From the NCBI RefSeq assembly GCF_009931435.1, contig NZ_CP043414.1: 64,000 nt of DNA; one strand, given 5' to 3'. Below are positions 41,484 through 51,559 of this stretch, piece after piece. The notes under the pieces were generated by a model. It searched no databases, was not told the origin of the DNA, and was given only the letters and a program-made list of their open reading frames with translations. Source of the DNA: Escherichia coli. Lineage in GTDB: Bacteria; Pseudomonadota; Gammaproteobacteria; Enterobacterales; Enterobacteriaceae. How positions within the stretch are numbered: the stretch's first letter is position 1; every line of letters begins with the position of its first letter. The position numbers and the translations under genes are program-made.

Positions 41484-42587
41484 ATGAAATTATCTATCGA
41501 CATTTCAGAACTTATTCAATTAGGGAAGAAAATGTTACCAGAAGGAGTCGATTTTTTTCTGGATGAATCCCCTATTGACTTTGATCCTATAGATATTGAG
41601 TTATCCACGGGTAAAGAAGTTAGTATCGAAGATCTTGACCCTGGTAGCGGGCTTATCTCTTATCATGGCCGCCAGGTTCTTTTATATATTCGGGACCATT
41701 CAGGGCGTTATGATGCGGCTATCGTAGATGGCGAAAAAGGAAAACGTTTTCATATTGCCTGGTGCAGAACTCTTGATGAAATGCGCCATAAAAATCGATT
41801 TGAAAGGTATCATGCAACTAACCGCATAGATGGTTTATTCGAAATTGATGATGGTTCAGGTCGGAGCCAGGATGTTGATTTACGGGTATGTATGAATTGC
41901 CTCGAACGACTTAATTATAAAGGAAGTATTGATAAACAACGAAAAAGAGAGATTTTTAAATCATTCTCATTAAATGAGTTTTTTTCAGATTATAGTACCT
42001 GTTTTCGTCATATGCCTAAGGGTATCTATGACAAAACAAATAGTGGGTATGTCGAAAACTGGAAAGATATATCTAAATCAATACGAGAAAAGGCAAATTA
42101 TGTTTGTAATGATTGTGGCGTGAATTTATCAACCGCCAAAAACTTGTGCCATGTCCATCATAAAAATGGCATCAAATATGATAATCACCATGAAAACCTT
42201 CTTGTTCTGTGCAAGGATTGCCATCGAAAACAGCCCCTCCACGAAGGTATATTCGTTACCCAAGCTGAGATGGCTATCATTCAACGTTTACGTTCCCAAC
42301 AAGGGTTATTAAAAGCAGAATCCTGGAATGAAATATATGACCTGACTGATCCATCAGTGCATGGTGATATTAATATGATGCAACATAAAGGCTTTCAACC
42401 TCCTGTTCCTGGGTTAGATCTTCAAAACTCAGAACATGAAATTATTGCAACCGTAGAAGCTGCATGGCCAGGCCTTAAAATTGCAGTTAACCTTACTCCC
42501 GCCGAAGTCGAAGGATGGAGAATATATACCGTGGGTGAGCTGGTTAAAGAAATACAAACAGGAGCCTTTACGTCAGCAACGTTGTAA
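41484..42587 (+). CDS. zorE: ZorE-like HNH endonuclease (Zorya type II effector)
   Basis: HNH motif CNDCGVNLSTAKNLCHVHHKNGIKYDNHHENLLVLCKDCH. Lies 3 bp downstream of zorB, completing a ZorA-ZorB-HNH trio. Confidence 0.6.
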   Translation: MKLSIDISELIQLGKKMLPEGVDFFLDESPIDFDPIDIELSTGKEVSIEDLDPGSGLISYHGRQVLLYIRDHSGRYDAAIVDGEKGKRFHIAWCRTLDEMRHKNRFERYHATNRIDGLFEIDDGSGRSQDVDLRVCMNCLERLNYKGSIDKQRKREIFKSFSLNEFFSDYSTCFRHMPKGIYDKTNSGYVENWKDISKSIREKANYVCNDCGVNLSTAKNLCHVHHKNGIKYDNHHENLLVLCKDCHRKQPLHEGIFVTQAEMAIIQRLRSQQGLLKAESWNEIYDLTDPSVHGDINMMQHKGFQPPVPGLDLQNSEHEIIATVEAAWPGLKIAVNLTPAEVEGWRIYTVGELVKEIQTGAFTSATL

Positions 42588-42796
42588 ATTCCGAAACTCC
42601 GTGAAAGTTAAGACTTTCACGGAAGATAAATAAAATTCTCCTGATTTGTGACTCAAATTATAAAAGTCGTTTATGGCATAACTTGTCTGTTTTTTTGGTG
42701 TAATAGGTATAAAGGCATATGCTATGGTTAGCCTTATATTTAAAACTTTCCTCATACGGGTGAAGGTTAAAGCTTGGTAGATAGGTTACAGTCACA

Positions 42797-43406
42797 ATGA
42801 ATAAAGCAATAACGGTGCTTGCTATAATGATGGCTTCATTTTCCGTAAATGCGTATGTATTACCGGAAACGCCTGTGCCATTTAAAAGTGGTACCGGAGC
42901 AATTGATAACAACACTGTCTACATTGGTTTAGGTAGCGCAGGTACGGCATGGTACAAGCTGGAGAAACAGACCAAAGATAAAAAAATGGACAGCGTTAGC
43001 TGCATTTCCTGGTGGACCGAGAGATCAAGCAACTTCTGCATTTATTGATGGCAATCTGTATGTGTTTGACGGCATTGGCAAAAACAGTGAGGGCTTGACT
43101 CAGGTATTTAATGACGTTCACAAATACAACCTCAAAACCAATAGCTGGGTTAAATTGATGTCGCACGCGCCGATGGGCATGGCGGGTCATGTGACATTTG
43201 TACACAACGGCAAGGCTTATGTTACTGGCGGTGTTAACCAGAATATCTTCAATGGCTATTTTGAAGATCTTAACGAAGCTGGAAAAGATTCAGCGTACCG
43301 GTCACCGGAGAACTGGATGACGGTACTGCGAAGCAGTCATTTCAGTCGGGGGATGATTGTAGACAAATTTGTTGACGCTATTTTGCGGTTTTGGCGTGAA
43401 GGGTGA
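42797..43406 (+). pseudogene. Degenerate nanM'-nanS' fusion remnant: diverged second copy of the nanM 5' part joined to the nanS 3' end, with a frameshift
   Basis: MNKAITVLAIMMASFSVNAYVLPETPVPFKSGTGAIDNN... parallels the NanM N-terminus and frameshifts after ...QTKDKK. The second frame continues NanM-like (...GKNSEGLTQVFNDVHKYN...EDLNEAGKD) and then jumps directly into the NanS C-terminus (SAYRSPENWMTVLRSSHFS...FWREG). The following roughly 55 bp are near-identical to 10620..10677 after the intact nanS. Confidence 0.8.
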
Positions 43407-43413
43407 GCGTTCA

Positions 43414-44064
43414 TTAATTTGATTTATTTGCATCCATCAACGCTTTTAACTGCTCCGGCGAAAACGGTGGTTTGCGTCGGTGCAACATCGCATGGCAATT
43501 AGGGCACACAGGAAGCAAATCATTAACTGGATCCAGCTGGTAATTCTCTTTAATGGCTGAAAGCGGCACCAGGTGATGCACATGGATAAAGCCTTCAGCG
43601 ATATCACCATAGATCTTCACCAGATCAACGCCGCATACGTTGCACTGGCATCCATGATGTTCGACCGCTTTATCTCGGGCCTTTTTATCGCGTTCATAGC
43701 GGTTTACTGTCACCTTTATCGCCGCACCTTCAACGTATGTCTCCTGCGACGGCAACTCATCCGGGAACAGAACGTCGGCTATGGGAGCCGCAGCGGCTTT
43801 ATCCTGATGAATATGAAATCCCTGCTCTATGAGTAGTTTGACGCATTTAGATTTTATTCCGCCGGTGAAATCCGCAGGGGTAAATTGCGTCCCCGTCATC
43901 AATGTCGCTGCGATGCCAGCAATCGCCTTCGAGGGGTAACGTCGGCCATGATATTCAATCTCATACAACCGCGCAGGCTGGAACTGATGAGTTTCTCCCG
44001 CATCCCATAAATGGATAGCTTCGATGATATACCGCCGCGGAAGATGATCAGGGAGTTTATTCAT
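43414..44064 (-). CDS. HNH endonuclease family protein (McrA-like C-terminus)
   Basis: C-terminal CQCNVCGVDLVKIYGDIAEGFIHVHHLVPLSAIKENYQLDPVNDLLPVCPNCHAMLH is an HNH/zinc motif; the N-terminal domain is of unknown function. Confidence 0.6.
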   Translation of the reverse strand: MNKLPDHLPRRYIIEAIHLWDAGETHQFQPARLYEIEYHGRRYPSKAIAGIAATLMTGTQFTPADFTGGIKSKCVKLLIEQGFHIHQDKAAAAPIADVLFPDELPSQETYVEGAAIKVTVNRYERDKKARDKAVEHHGCQCNVCGVDLVKIYGDIAEGFIHVHHLVPLSAIKENYQLDPVNDLLPVCPNCHAMLHRRKPPFSPEQLKALMDANKSN

Positions 44065-44143
44065 GGAGAATGTCCTTATACGTTCTCAGAACAGGCAGCA
44101 AAAAAACAAATGAGATCAAGGTAATATATCTTCACTTGCAGGC

Positions 44144-45073
44144 TTGAACAGCAGAAAATTTGCGAGCATGATCGCAATTATTTCACTGCCAGGGATATCA
44201 ATGGCTTCCAGTAAATCGCTACAGCAGGCAATTGCCAATATAAAAATCTGGCACAAGGGTGAACAGCGCGCGCCGCATAAGCCATTGTTATTGCTATACG
44301 TATTAGCGGGATACCTGAATGGACATCCGCGCCTTTTCGATTATGGCTCGGAAATCTACGAACCTCTGCACAGTTTACTGGAACGTTTTGGGCCACAGCG
44401 TTCACAGTACCGACCTGATATGCCGTTCTGGCGATTACAAGGCGACGGATTCTGGCAATTACACAATGCCGAACTTTGCTCAACAGCAGGGAGTAGCCGA
44501 CAACCGCCAGTGAAGGAACTGACCGAACACCGCGTTGCAGGCGGTTTCGATGAACAGCACTATGCCCTGGTAATCGGCAATAAAAAACTCATCAATACCC
44601 TGGCGCAACAGATACTCGAAGCGCACTTCACCGAGAGCATTCAGGAAGAAATTGCTGACGAGCTGGGTTTTGATCTCCAGCAAATCCGTAAACAGCGCGA
44701 CCCGTTATTTCGCAAACTTGTATTGCGCGCATATAACTACCAGTGCGCGATATGTGGCTTTAATATGCGCCACGATGACACCACCGTCGCACTGGAAGCA
44801 GCGCATATAAAATGGAAACAGCACGGCGGTCCTTGTGAAATTCCTAATGGCCTGGCGCTTTGTGCAATACACCATAAAGCCTTTGATAAAGGATCGATTG
44901 GCCTGGATGAAAATATGCGGGTACTGGTCTCGGATGCGGTAAACGGCGGAGGGATCGTTGAGAAACTATTCTGGGATTTTGACGGGAAAACTATTGCGTT
45001 ACCACAGGTGCGTAAAAATTACCCTTTTGAGGGGTTTGTGGAGTGGCATCGAAAAGAGGTTTTTAGGGGGTGA
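44144..45073 (+). CDS. HNH-motif nuclease-like protein, divergent from the preceding HNH gene
   Basis: C-terminal CAICGFNMRHDDTTVALEAAHIKWKQHGGPCEIPNGLALCAIHHKAFDKG (HNH-like). Shares a 79-bp divergent intergenic region with the 43414..44064 gene. The true start may be an internal Met. Confidence 0.55.
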   Translation: MNSRKFASMIAIISLPGISMASSKSLQQAIANIKIWHKGEQRAPHKPLLLLYVLAGYLNGHPRLFDYGSEIYEPLHSLLERFGPQRSQYRPDMPFWRLQGDGFWQLHNAELCSTAGSSRQPPVKELTEHRVAGGFDEQHYALVIGNKKLINTLAQQILEAHFTESIQEEIADELGFDLQQIRKQRDPLFRKLVLRAYNYQCAICGFNMRHDDTTVALEAAHIKWKQHGGPCEIPNGLALCAIHHKAFDKGSIGLDENMRVLVSDAVNGGGIVEKLFWDFDGKTIALPQVRKNYPFEGFVEWHRKEVFRG

Positions 45074-45695
45074 GGTTGATAACTATCGCAGTATGTTCAA
45101 TATTGCTGACATAATCAGTGCAGGATCTTGCCGCTAGTTTACAACTCGCCTTCGATAGCGGCGCAAAACGAGTTCTGTTGCCGATATCCTCGGCTATGGA
45201 TATTCCAACAGTTCCGGCAGAGTTGTTTACCAAGTTTCAGGTAAGTTTTTACTCAGAACCGGTTGATGCGGTTTATAAGGCGCTGGATGTGAATTAACAC
45301 ATTCCTCAGCTTATTTACAAAAGGATTATTCCCATTTGATATAATATCAGTGCCAATTTACTTTTTTCAATGGAATATATCTCGGCTAAATAACAATAAA
45401 ACTTATCGCTAATGGATTAAATAAACAATTTTCTAATTTATTTCACCACCTTTGATATAGAAATTGATGGTGTTGTCGCTGCCATTGCTTATGGTGATGA
45501 TAAAATCCACGTTTCTGGATCGGTGCGTAGAAAATCATCACTTCCTTGATATTTTGATGCGATATGATCATACCGTTCCGTAGTACCAATTTCAACTTCA
45601 GGCTAAACCCCAACATTAAAAAAATTAGAGTTATTCACTGATTATATTATCAATAATATAATCAGTGAATAACATGGACTATATAATAAATTGCT

Positions 45696-47744
45696 CTAAT
45701 CATTTCCCTTACGAATATATGGGCCAAAAGCCCAAGAATCATAATAAGGGTGATGGACTAATTTTTCATTAAATCGAACACTATAAGTTAATTTTTTTAT
45801 ATTTTTACGTACAGCATTAATACTGGGCAAAGAGGAAAGATAATCTATAAACTTATCGATAGTGATTTTCCCTTCGCAACACTCAAACCCATCAATGATA
45901 TTTTTCGCCATTTTTCCATTTTCATTTGTTTGATATATCACTCCAGGTATTCGTTGAAAAAAACTAGATAATGCATATTTGTCCGCTACATATGTATCAT
46001 CCACATGATATTTCCCACCGAGCATAGTTGTAGTAACAATAAGCTTATACACACCTTTGGGTTGCCATGTTGATGGTAGTTCGAATTCTTTAATGATCAC
46101 ATCAAGATGATTAAGATAATGTTCAGAAATTCGATTTATTTGTTGAAAATAAGAACGCATAAATTTATTATTATGATCATGTATTAATGAGCTATCTCCA
46201 ACGATGTTACACACTTGCTGATAGTACTTACCATAATATATTGGTTGACCATTTGATTTTAGTTCTGTAAAAATCAAACAATCATCCAGGAGAATCACGC
46301 AATCGCACTGATAATTAGCATGAGCATCAATTGGAGAAGCTTTAATCCCCGCATCACGAACTTGTTTTATAAATTGTTGCTCATGAAATCGCCCTTTACT
46401 TGCTTGAGAAATTTTTTTGGAACCAAATAATGACATTAGAGAGCGAGTCACTGAGCTATTTGCTATTAATGCAGGCATTAAGCATAAACCGTCCATACAG
46501 GGAATAAATGGGCAATCATTAAGATCATGTGATTTTGAATTGAAGGTAAAATAATCTATCAGTTTTTTTGCTGCATCTGCTGCAATCCCCTTACGTTGAA
46601 AGAATGATAACCAACTCTCACGGCTTTTTATGACCAGCCAGCGATCCAACTGTAGGGGTATAGGTTTTGTCGATGAAAATCTTTTGCTCATTTCTTCTTT
46701 AGATAACTCGACTAAACATTGATAAGCGTGCACCCAATTAAATAATGATATATTCCCATATTCTTCATGAAGGTCATCAGGAGACATATTTTCCAACTCG
46801 CTTAAATGAAATGAGCTAAAAACGCCATCAGAATTTAAGTAAGATGGCATATGATCCTTTACCCAACTATTTAGATGAAAATGTTTGTTACTAAATTCAT
46901 GAACTTCGCTATATAGATGTGACGCTCTCATCATTAGTCTATTTCTTGCAATCTCATAATCTCGGTATAAACAAAAACTATCAACCTCAAGAGAGTAAAT
47001 GTTATTATCCAATTTTGTAAATACTGCACTACTTAGTCTGAAAAAGTCTCTTACTCTGCTTAATGAGTCAAAAACATTCCACTCATTAAGGTACCCTCCC
47101 ATTGAAAGCAAGGTTTGTTTATTCACACAAGAAGTTAGTTTCAATGGCCCATGAGTCCGTAAATAAGAAAATATTCTTCCGGTGTAATTGGCTACCTCAT
47201 CAAATGCCCTATCGATAACTCGAAAATATTCGATATCAGGTTCAGCATGAATATTAATATTTTCAGAAACGATAAATAATGGAAAAATCCTCTTCATTTT
47301 TTTAGGATCATTGACCACAACCAAGGATGATAATGATGATAAAAACATCTCACAAAACATGATGAGATTAAGTATTAATGCATGTGATTTTTTTGTATTT
47401 TTACGCCAAATACCAGCACATTTTGCAGCCCCAAAGAAAGAATTATTTATATCATGCATAATTTTACATTGACTCTCGAACTCAGAGATTAGTTCAATGT
47501 TATCAGGAAATGAGTTTACTAGCTCATTAATACATTTTTTGAATGTATTGTTATACTCAACTTCAGTCTGAACTGAAAATCTATTATAATAGATGGAAGA
47601 TATTCTCAGCACATCCAAGGCGATATCTATACTAATATCATCTCTTTTTATGTACTCACAAAAAAAAGAACAAAACTGTTTCGGGTCGTTAGCAAGATTA
47701 CTAATTCTAGTGGTATCATAAACTTTTTCCATTTTTCCATACAT
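45696..47744 (-). CDS. Hypothetical 682-aa protein, very low GC, adjacent to leuX
   Basis: Long uninterrupted ORF in strongly AT-rich DNA with no recognisable motif by eye. Its position next to the tRNA and its composition suggest horizontal acquisition. Confidence 0.5.
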   Translation of the reverse strand: MYGKMEKVYDTTRISNLANDPKQFCSFFCEYIKRDDISIDIALDVLRISSIYYNRFSVQTEVEYNNTFKKCINELVNSFPDNIELISEFESQCKIMHDINNSFFGAAKCAGIWRKNTKKSHALILNLIMFCEMFLSSLSSLVVVNDPKKMKRIFPLFIVSENINIHAEPDIEYFRVIDRAFDEVANYTGRIFSYLRTHGPLKLTSCVNKQTLLSMGGYLNEWNVFDSLSRVRDFFRLSSAVFTKLDNNIYSLEVDSFCLYRDYEIARNRLMMRASHLYSEVHEFSNKHFHLNSWVKDHMPSYLNSDGVFSSFHLSELENMSPDDLHEEYGNISLFNWVHAYQCLVELSKEEMSKRFSSTKPIPLQLDRWLVIKSRESWLSFFQRKGIAADAAKKLIDYFTFNSKSHDLNDCPFIPCMDGLCLMPALIANSSVTRSLMSLFGSKKISQASKGRFHEQQFIKQVRDAGIKASPIDAHANYQCDCVILLDDCLIFTELKSNGQPIYYGKYYQQVCNIVGDSSLIHDHNNKFMRSYFQQINRISEHYLNHLDVIIKEFELPSTWQPKGVYKLIVTTTMLGGKYHVDDTYVADKYALSSFFQRIPGVIYQTNENGKMAKNIIDGFECCEGKITIDKFIDYLSSLPSINAVRKNIKKLTYSVRFNEKLVHHPYYDSWAFGPYIRKGND

Positions 47745-48421
47745 CCTATTGTCTAAATTACTATAAAATTAGCCACTTAACTAATAATTATAAATTTCAT
47801 CTTTTGCACCTTGCATTTTTATAACCAATGAAATCTACAACAAGCAACTGATGGATAATCCGATATTGGTCGCATTTAATGGCATGGTAGCAAAGTTTTC
47901 ATCACATACCTCCTTTGCACCAGAATAAACGCCAGAGACCTGAAATTGCGAGTACACTACAGAAATTGTACTGCCGGTCCCATCAGCATAAAACCATAGT
48001 TACACAGGTAATCATCATTATTCACCAAGATAATAAATATTATTCGGTAGAATAGCGTTCTCAGGTGGTCAGTAAAATTGTCTTCAACAAGATGTCTGCG
48101 CATCTCGTCTGCTAGCCCTACATAACTGCTCTCGACCGAAACTATTTATTGAATGTTCACCAAGGTGGGCGTGGAGACAAAATGACGTCTTTTGATATTA
48201 GCTACCTGAGCCACATGGTCAAAACGTTCAAGTAGCATAGCGAAACCACCCTGCCCACGTAATGTGGACGATGCAGCTTCCAGCCAGAGCAAACTTGGGA
48301 CCATCGACTACCAAATGAAGAATACTGAACTGCTTTTCTGGCAGGCCTATATACTGCACGGATATGGGTGATTTCAGACACAAAAAAAGCCGCTCTTGAG
48401 CGACTCGATTTGCATACGGTG

Positions 48422-48506
48422 TGGTGCCGAAGGCCGGACTCGAACCGGCACGTATTTCTACGGTTGATTTTGAATCAACTGCGTCTACCGATTTCGCCAC
48501 TTCGGC
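48422..48506 (-). tRNA. leuX: tRNA-Leu (anticodon CAA), leuX
   Basis: The minus-strand sequence GCCGAAGTGGCGAAATCGGTAGACGCAGTTGATTCAAAATCAACCGTAGAAATACGTGCCGGTTCGAGTCCGGCCTTCGGCACCA forms the acceptor stem, carries a CAA anticodon in a TTCAAAA loop, has a long variable arm and ends in CCA. Confidence 0.95.
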
Positions 48507-48701
48507 ACTGAAGAGGTATGCGGAAAACGTTGTGGATTATACCTGTCACGCGCCACCATGCAAGCGCCAGCTTGCTCGCACCTCGCTAAGTGCTGAAATT
48601 TTCAGCATTGCATTCCGCGATGTGTAACCTTTGTCACACTCCAGGCACCCCGCCCTACCATGCTCTACACTTCCCAGACAACACCAGAGAAGGACAAAAA
48701 T

Positions 48702-49721
48702 ATGTCGATGATAAAAAGCTATGCCGCAAAAGAGGCTGGCGGCAAACTGGAAGTTTATGAGTACGATCCCGGTGAACTGAAACCACAAGATGTCGAAGTG
48801 CAGGTGGATTACTGCGGGATCTGCCATTCCGATCTGTCGATGATCGACAACGAATGGGGATTTTCACAGTATCCGCTGGTTGCCGGGCATGAGGTGATTG
48901 GGCGCGTGGTGGCGCTCGGGAGCGCCGCGCAGGATAAAGGTTTGCAGGTCGGTCAGCGTGTCGGGATTGGCTGGACGGCGCGTAGCTGTGGTCACTGCGA
49001 CGCCTGTATTAGCGGTAATCAGATCAACTGTGAGCAAGGTGCGGTGCCGACGATTATGAATCGTGGCGGCTTTGCTGAGAAGTTGCGTGCGGACTGGCAA
49101 TGGGTGATTCCACTGCCAGAAAATATCGACATTGAATCTGCCGGGCCACTGTTGTGCGGCGGTATCACGGTCTTTAAACCACTGTTGATGCACCATATCA
49201 CTGCCACCAGCCGCGTTGGGGTAATTGGTATTGGCGGGCTGGGGCATATCGCTATAAAACTTCTGCACGCAATGGGATGCGAGGTGACGGCCTTTAGTTC
49301 GAATCCGGCGAAAGAGCAGGAGGTGCTGGCGATGGGTGCCGATAAAGTGGTGAATAGCCGCGATCCGCAGGCACTGAAAGCACTGGTGGGGCAGTTTGAT
49401 CTCATTATCAACACCGTCAACGTCAGCCTCGACTGGCAGCCTTATTTTGAGGCGCTGACGTATGGCGGTAATTTCCATACAGTCGGCGCGGTCCTCACGC
49501 CGCTGTCTGTTCCGGCCTTTACGTTAATTGCGGGCGACCGCAGCGTCTCTGGTTCAGCAACAGGTACACCTTATGAGCTGCGTAAGCTGATGCGCTTTGC
49601 CGCCCGCAGCAAGGTTGCACCGACTACCGAACTGTTCCCAATGTCGAAAATTAACGACGCCATTCAGCATGTACGCGATGGTAAAGCGCGCTACCGAGTG
49701 GTCCTGAAAGCAGATTTTTGA
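48702..49721 (+). CDS. ahr: NADPH-dependent aldehyde reductase Ahr (YjgB), zinc alcohol-dehydrogenase family
   Basis: 339-aa product from the ATG at 48702 ([14 protein letters not shown]...) with the zinc-ADH motif GHEVIGRV and the catalytic-zinc region CGICHSDL. Confidence 0.9.
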   Translation: MSMIKSYAAKEAGGKLEVYEYDPGELKPQDVEVQVDYCGICHSDLSMIDNEWGFSQYPLVAGHEVIGRVVALGSAAQDKGLQVGQRVGIGWTARSCGHCDACISGNQINCEQGAVPTIMNRGGFAEKLRADWQWVIPLPENIDIESAGPLLCGGITVFKPLLMHHITATSRVGVIGIGGLGHIAIKLLHAMGCEVTAFSSNPAKEQEVLAMGADKVVNSRDPQALKALVGQFDLIINTVNVSLDWQPYFEALTYGGNFHTVGAVLTPLSVPAFTLIAGDRSVSGSATGTPYELRKLMRFAARSKVAPTTELFPMSKINDAIQHVRDGKARYRVVLKADF

Positions 49722-49724
49722 AAA

Positions 49725-50288
49725 TCATTCGCAGCGCTGATCTGAGGCGCTGCCCTCTTTCGCACATATTCTGTTTTGTCTTATCGCCAGCACAGCCTGC
49801 CGACATTGTTCGGTGACATTGGCAATATCATGGTTGATATCAATGCGCACAATATCCTGTTCATCTGCTTGTGGACGCTCCAGCGCCTCAAACTGACTTT
49901 TTAGTAACGCTACCGGCATAAAATGCCCAGCCCGACGCTGCATTCTCGCGAGAATAGTTTCATAATCGCCATCTAACCAGAGGAAATGAACATGGGGGCT
50001 ACCCTTGCGTAAAATATCACGATACTGTTTTTTTAATGATGAACAGACAATAAATCCTGTTTCATTCTTTTTATAAAGACTGTATGAAGCATCATTTAAG
50101 CGTTCCAGCCAGGGAAGTCGATCTTCATCAGATAATGGAATGCCTTGCGACATTTTATCTATATTTTTGGCTGGATGAAGATCGTCACCATCAATAAATT
50201 TCGCAGACAATAACGCGGCAACCTTGCTACCAATTAATGTTTTACCACTCCCTGATACGCCCATCAAAATAAAGCTTTCACCCGCCAT
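49725..50288 (-). CDS. idnK: Thermosensitive gluconokinase IdnK
   Basis: 187-aa ORF with a P-loop (GVSGSGKT) of gluconate-kinase type, divergent from idnD. Confidence 0.9.
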   Translation of the reverse strand: MAGESFILMGVSGSGKTLIGSKVAALLSAKFIDGDDLHPAKNIDKMSQGIPLSDEDRLPWLERLNDASYSLYKKNETGFIVCSSLKKQYRDILRKGSPHVHFLWLDGDYETILARMQRRAGHFMPVALLKSQFEALERPQADEQDIVRIDINHDIANVTEQCRQAVLAIRQNRICAKEGSASDQRCE

Positions 50289-50504
50289 TTAAAATCTCCT
50301 GAATCATCTTACCTGCGGCGATACTACGCCTGGCGGCATAATAATTTCACGTTTTTTTATTTCTGTTGATAAGAATTACAAGGCACATCACGTTATGCGT
50401 AACATAGTAATGTAACAATTTTCTGACGTGATCTTCATCACAAATAATGACAATTAAAACCGCTTAAATGCTTCCGAGGTGTCTACCTGACCAGTGAGGA
50501 ATTT

Positions 50505-51536
50505 ATGCAAGTGAAAACACAGTCCTGCGTTGTTGCGGGCAAGAAAACTGTTGCCGTTACCGAGCAGACGATAGATTGGAATAATAATGGAACATTAGTA
50601 CAAATAACCCGAGGTGGAATTTGCGGTTCCGATTTACATTATTATCAGGAAGGAAAAGTAGGTAATTTCATGATAAAGGCACCGATGGTGTTAGGTCATG
50701 AAGTTATCGGTAAAGTTATTCATAGCGACTCATCAGAATTACATGAAGGGCAAACGGTAGCCATTAATCCGTCTAAACCTTGCGGTCACTGCAAATACTG
50801 CATTGAACATAACGAGAATCAGTGTACAGAGATGCGTTTTTTTGGCAGTGCCATGTATTTCCCTCATGTTGATGGTGGCTTTACCCGTTATAAAATGGTC
50901 GAAACGTCGCAATGTGTCCCTTATCCGGCCAAAGCTGACGAAAAGGTTATGGCTTTTGCCGAACCTTTAGCCGTCGCGATTCATGCCGCACATCAGGCCG
51001 GCGAGTTACAGGGCAAGCGAGTATTTATTTCCGGTGTTGGGCCCATTGGCTGCCTGATTGTCAGTGCTGTGAAAACACTGGGGGCCTCGGAAATTGTCTG
51101 TGCCGATGTGAGTCCCCGTTCCCTTTTGCTGGCCAAAGAGATGGGGGCGGATGTGCTCGTAAACCCACAAAACGACGACATGGATCACTGGAAAGCGGAA
51201 AAAGGCTATTTCGATGTCAGCTTTGAAGTGTCCGGTCATCCTTCATCAGTGAATACCTGTCTGGAGGTCACTCGTGCACGCGGCGTAATGGTGCAGGTAG
51301 GTATGGGAGGCGCGATGGCAGAATTCCCAATGATGACGTTGATTGGTAAGGAGATTTCACTCAAAGGCTCTTTCCGTTTTACCAGCGAATTTAATACCGC
51401 AGTGTCATGGCTGGCGAATGGCGTTATCAATCCACTGCCTTTACTGAGTGCTGAATATCCCTTCACTGACCTGGAAGAGGCGCTACGTTTCGCCGGTGAT
51501 AAAACCCAGGCAGCAAAAGTCCAGCTTGTTTTCTAA
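50505..51536 (+). CDS. idnD: L-idonate 5-dehydrogenase IdnD
   Basis: 343-aa zinc-dependent MDR dehydrogenase (GICGSDLHY, GHEVIG), first gene of idnDOTR. Confidence 0.9.
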   Translation: MQVKTQSCVVAGKKTVAVTEQTIDWNNNGTLVQITRGGICGSDLHYYQEGKVGNFMIKAPMVLGHEVIGKVIHSDSSELHEGQTVAINPSKPCGHCKYCIEHNENQCTEMRFFGSAMYFPHVDGGFTRYKMVETSQCVPYPAKADEKVMAFAEPLAVAIHAAHQAGELQGKRVFISGVGPIGCLIVSAVKTLGASEIVCADVSPRSLLLAKEMGADVLVNPQNDDMDHWKAEKGYFDVSFEVSGHPSSVNTCLEVTRARGVMVQVGMGGAMAEFPMMTLIGKEISLKGSFRFTSEFNTAVSWLANGVINPLPLLSAEYPFTDLEEALRFAGDKTQAAKVQLVF

Positions 51537-51559
51537 GAGATAAATAAAGGAATAATACA

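Noticed and set aside
47745-48421. Integrase or att site directly adjacent to leuX
   Set aside because: No ORF with integrase features is present in this interval or elsewhere in the island. A short tRNA-derived direct repeat may exist but I could not confirm one by eye, so no att feature is reported.
48864-49478. 204-aa minus-strand ORF
   Set aside because: Antisense within ahr; no start context or homology.
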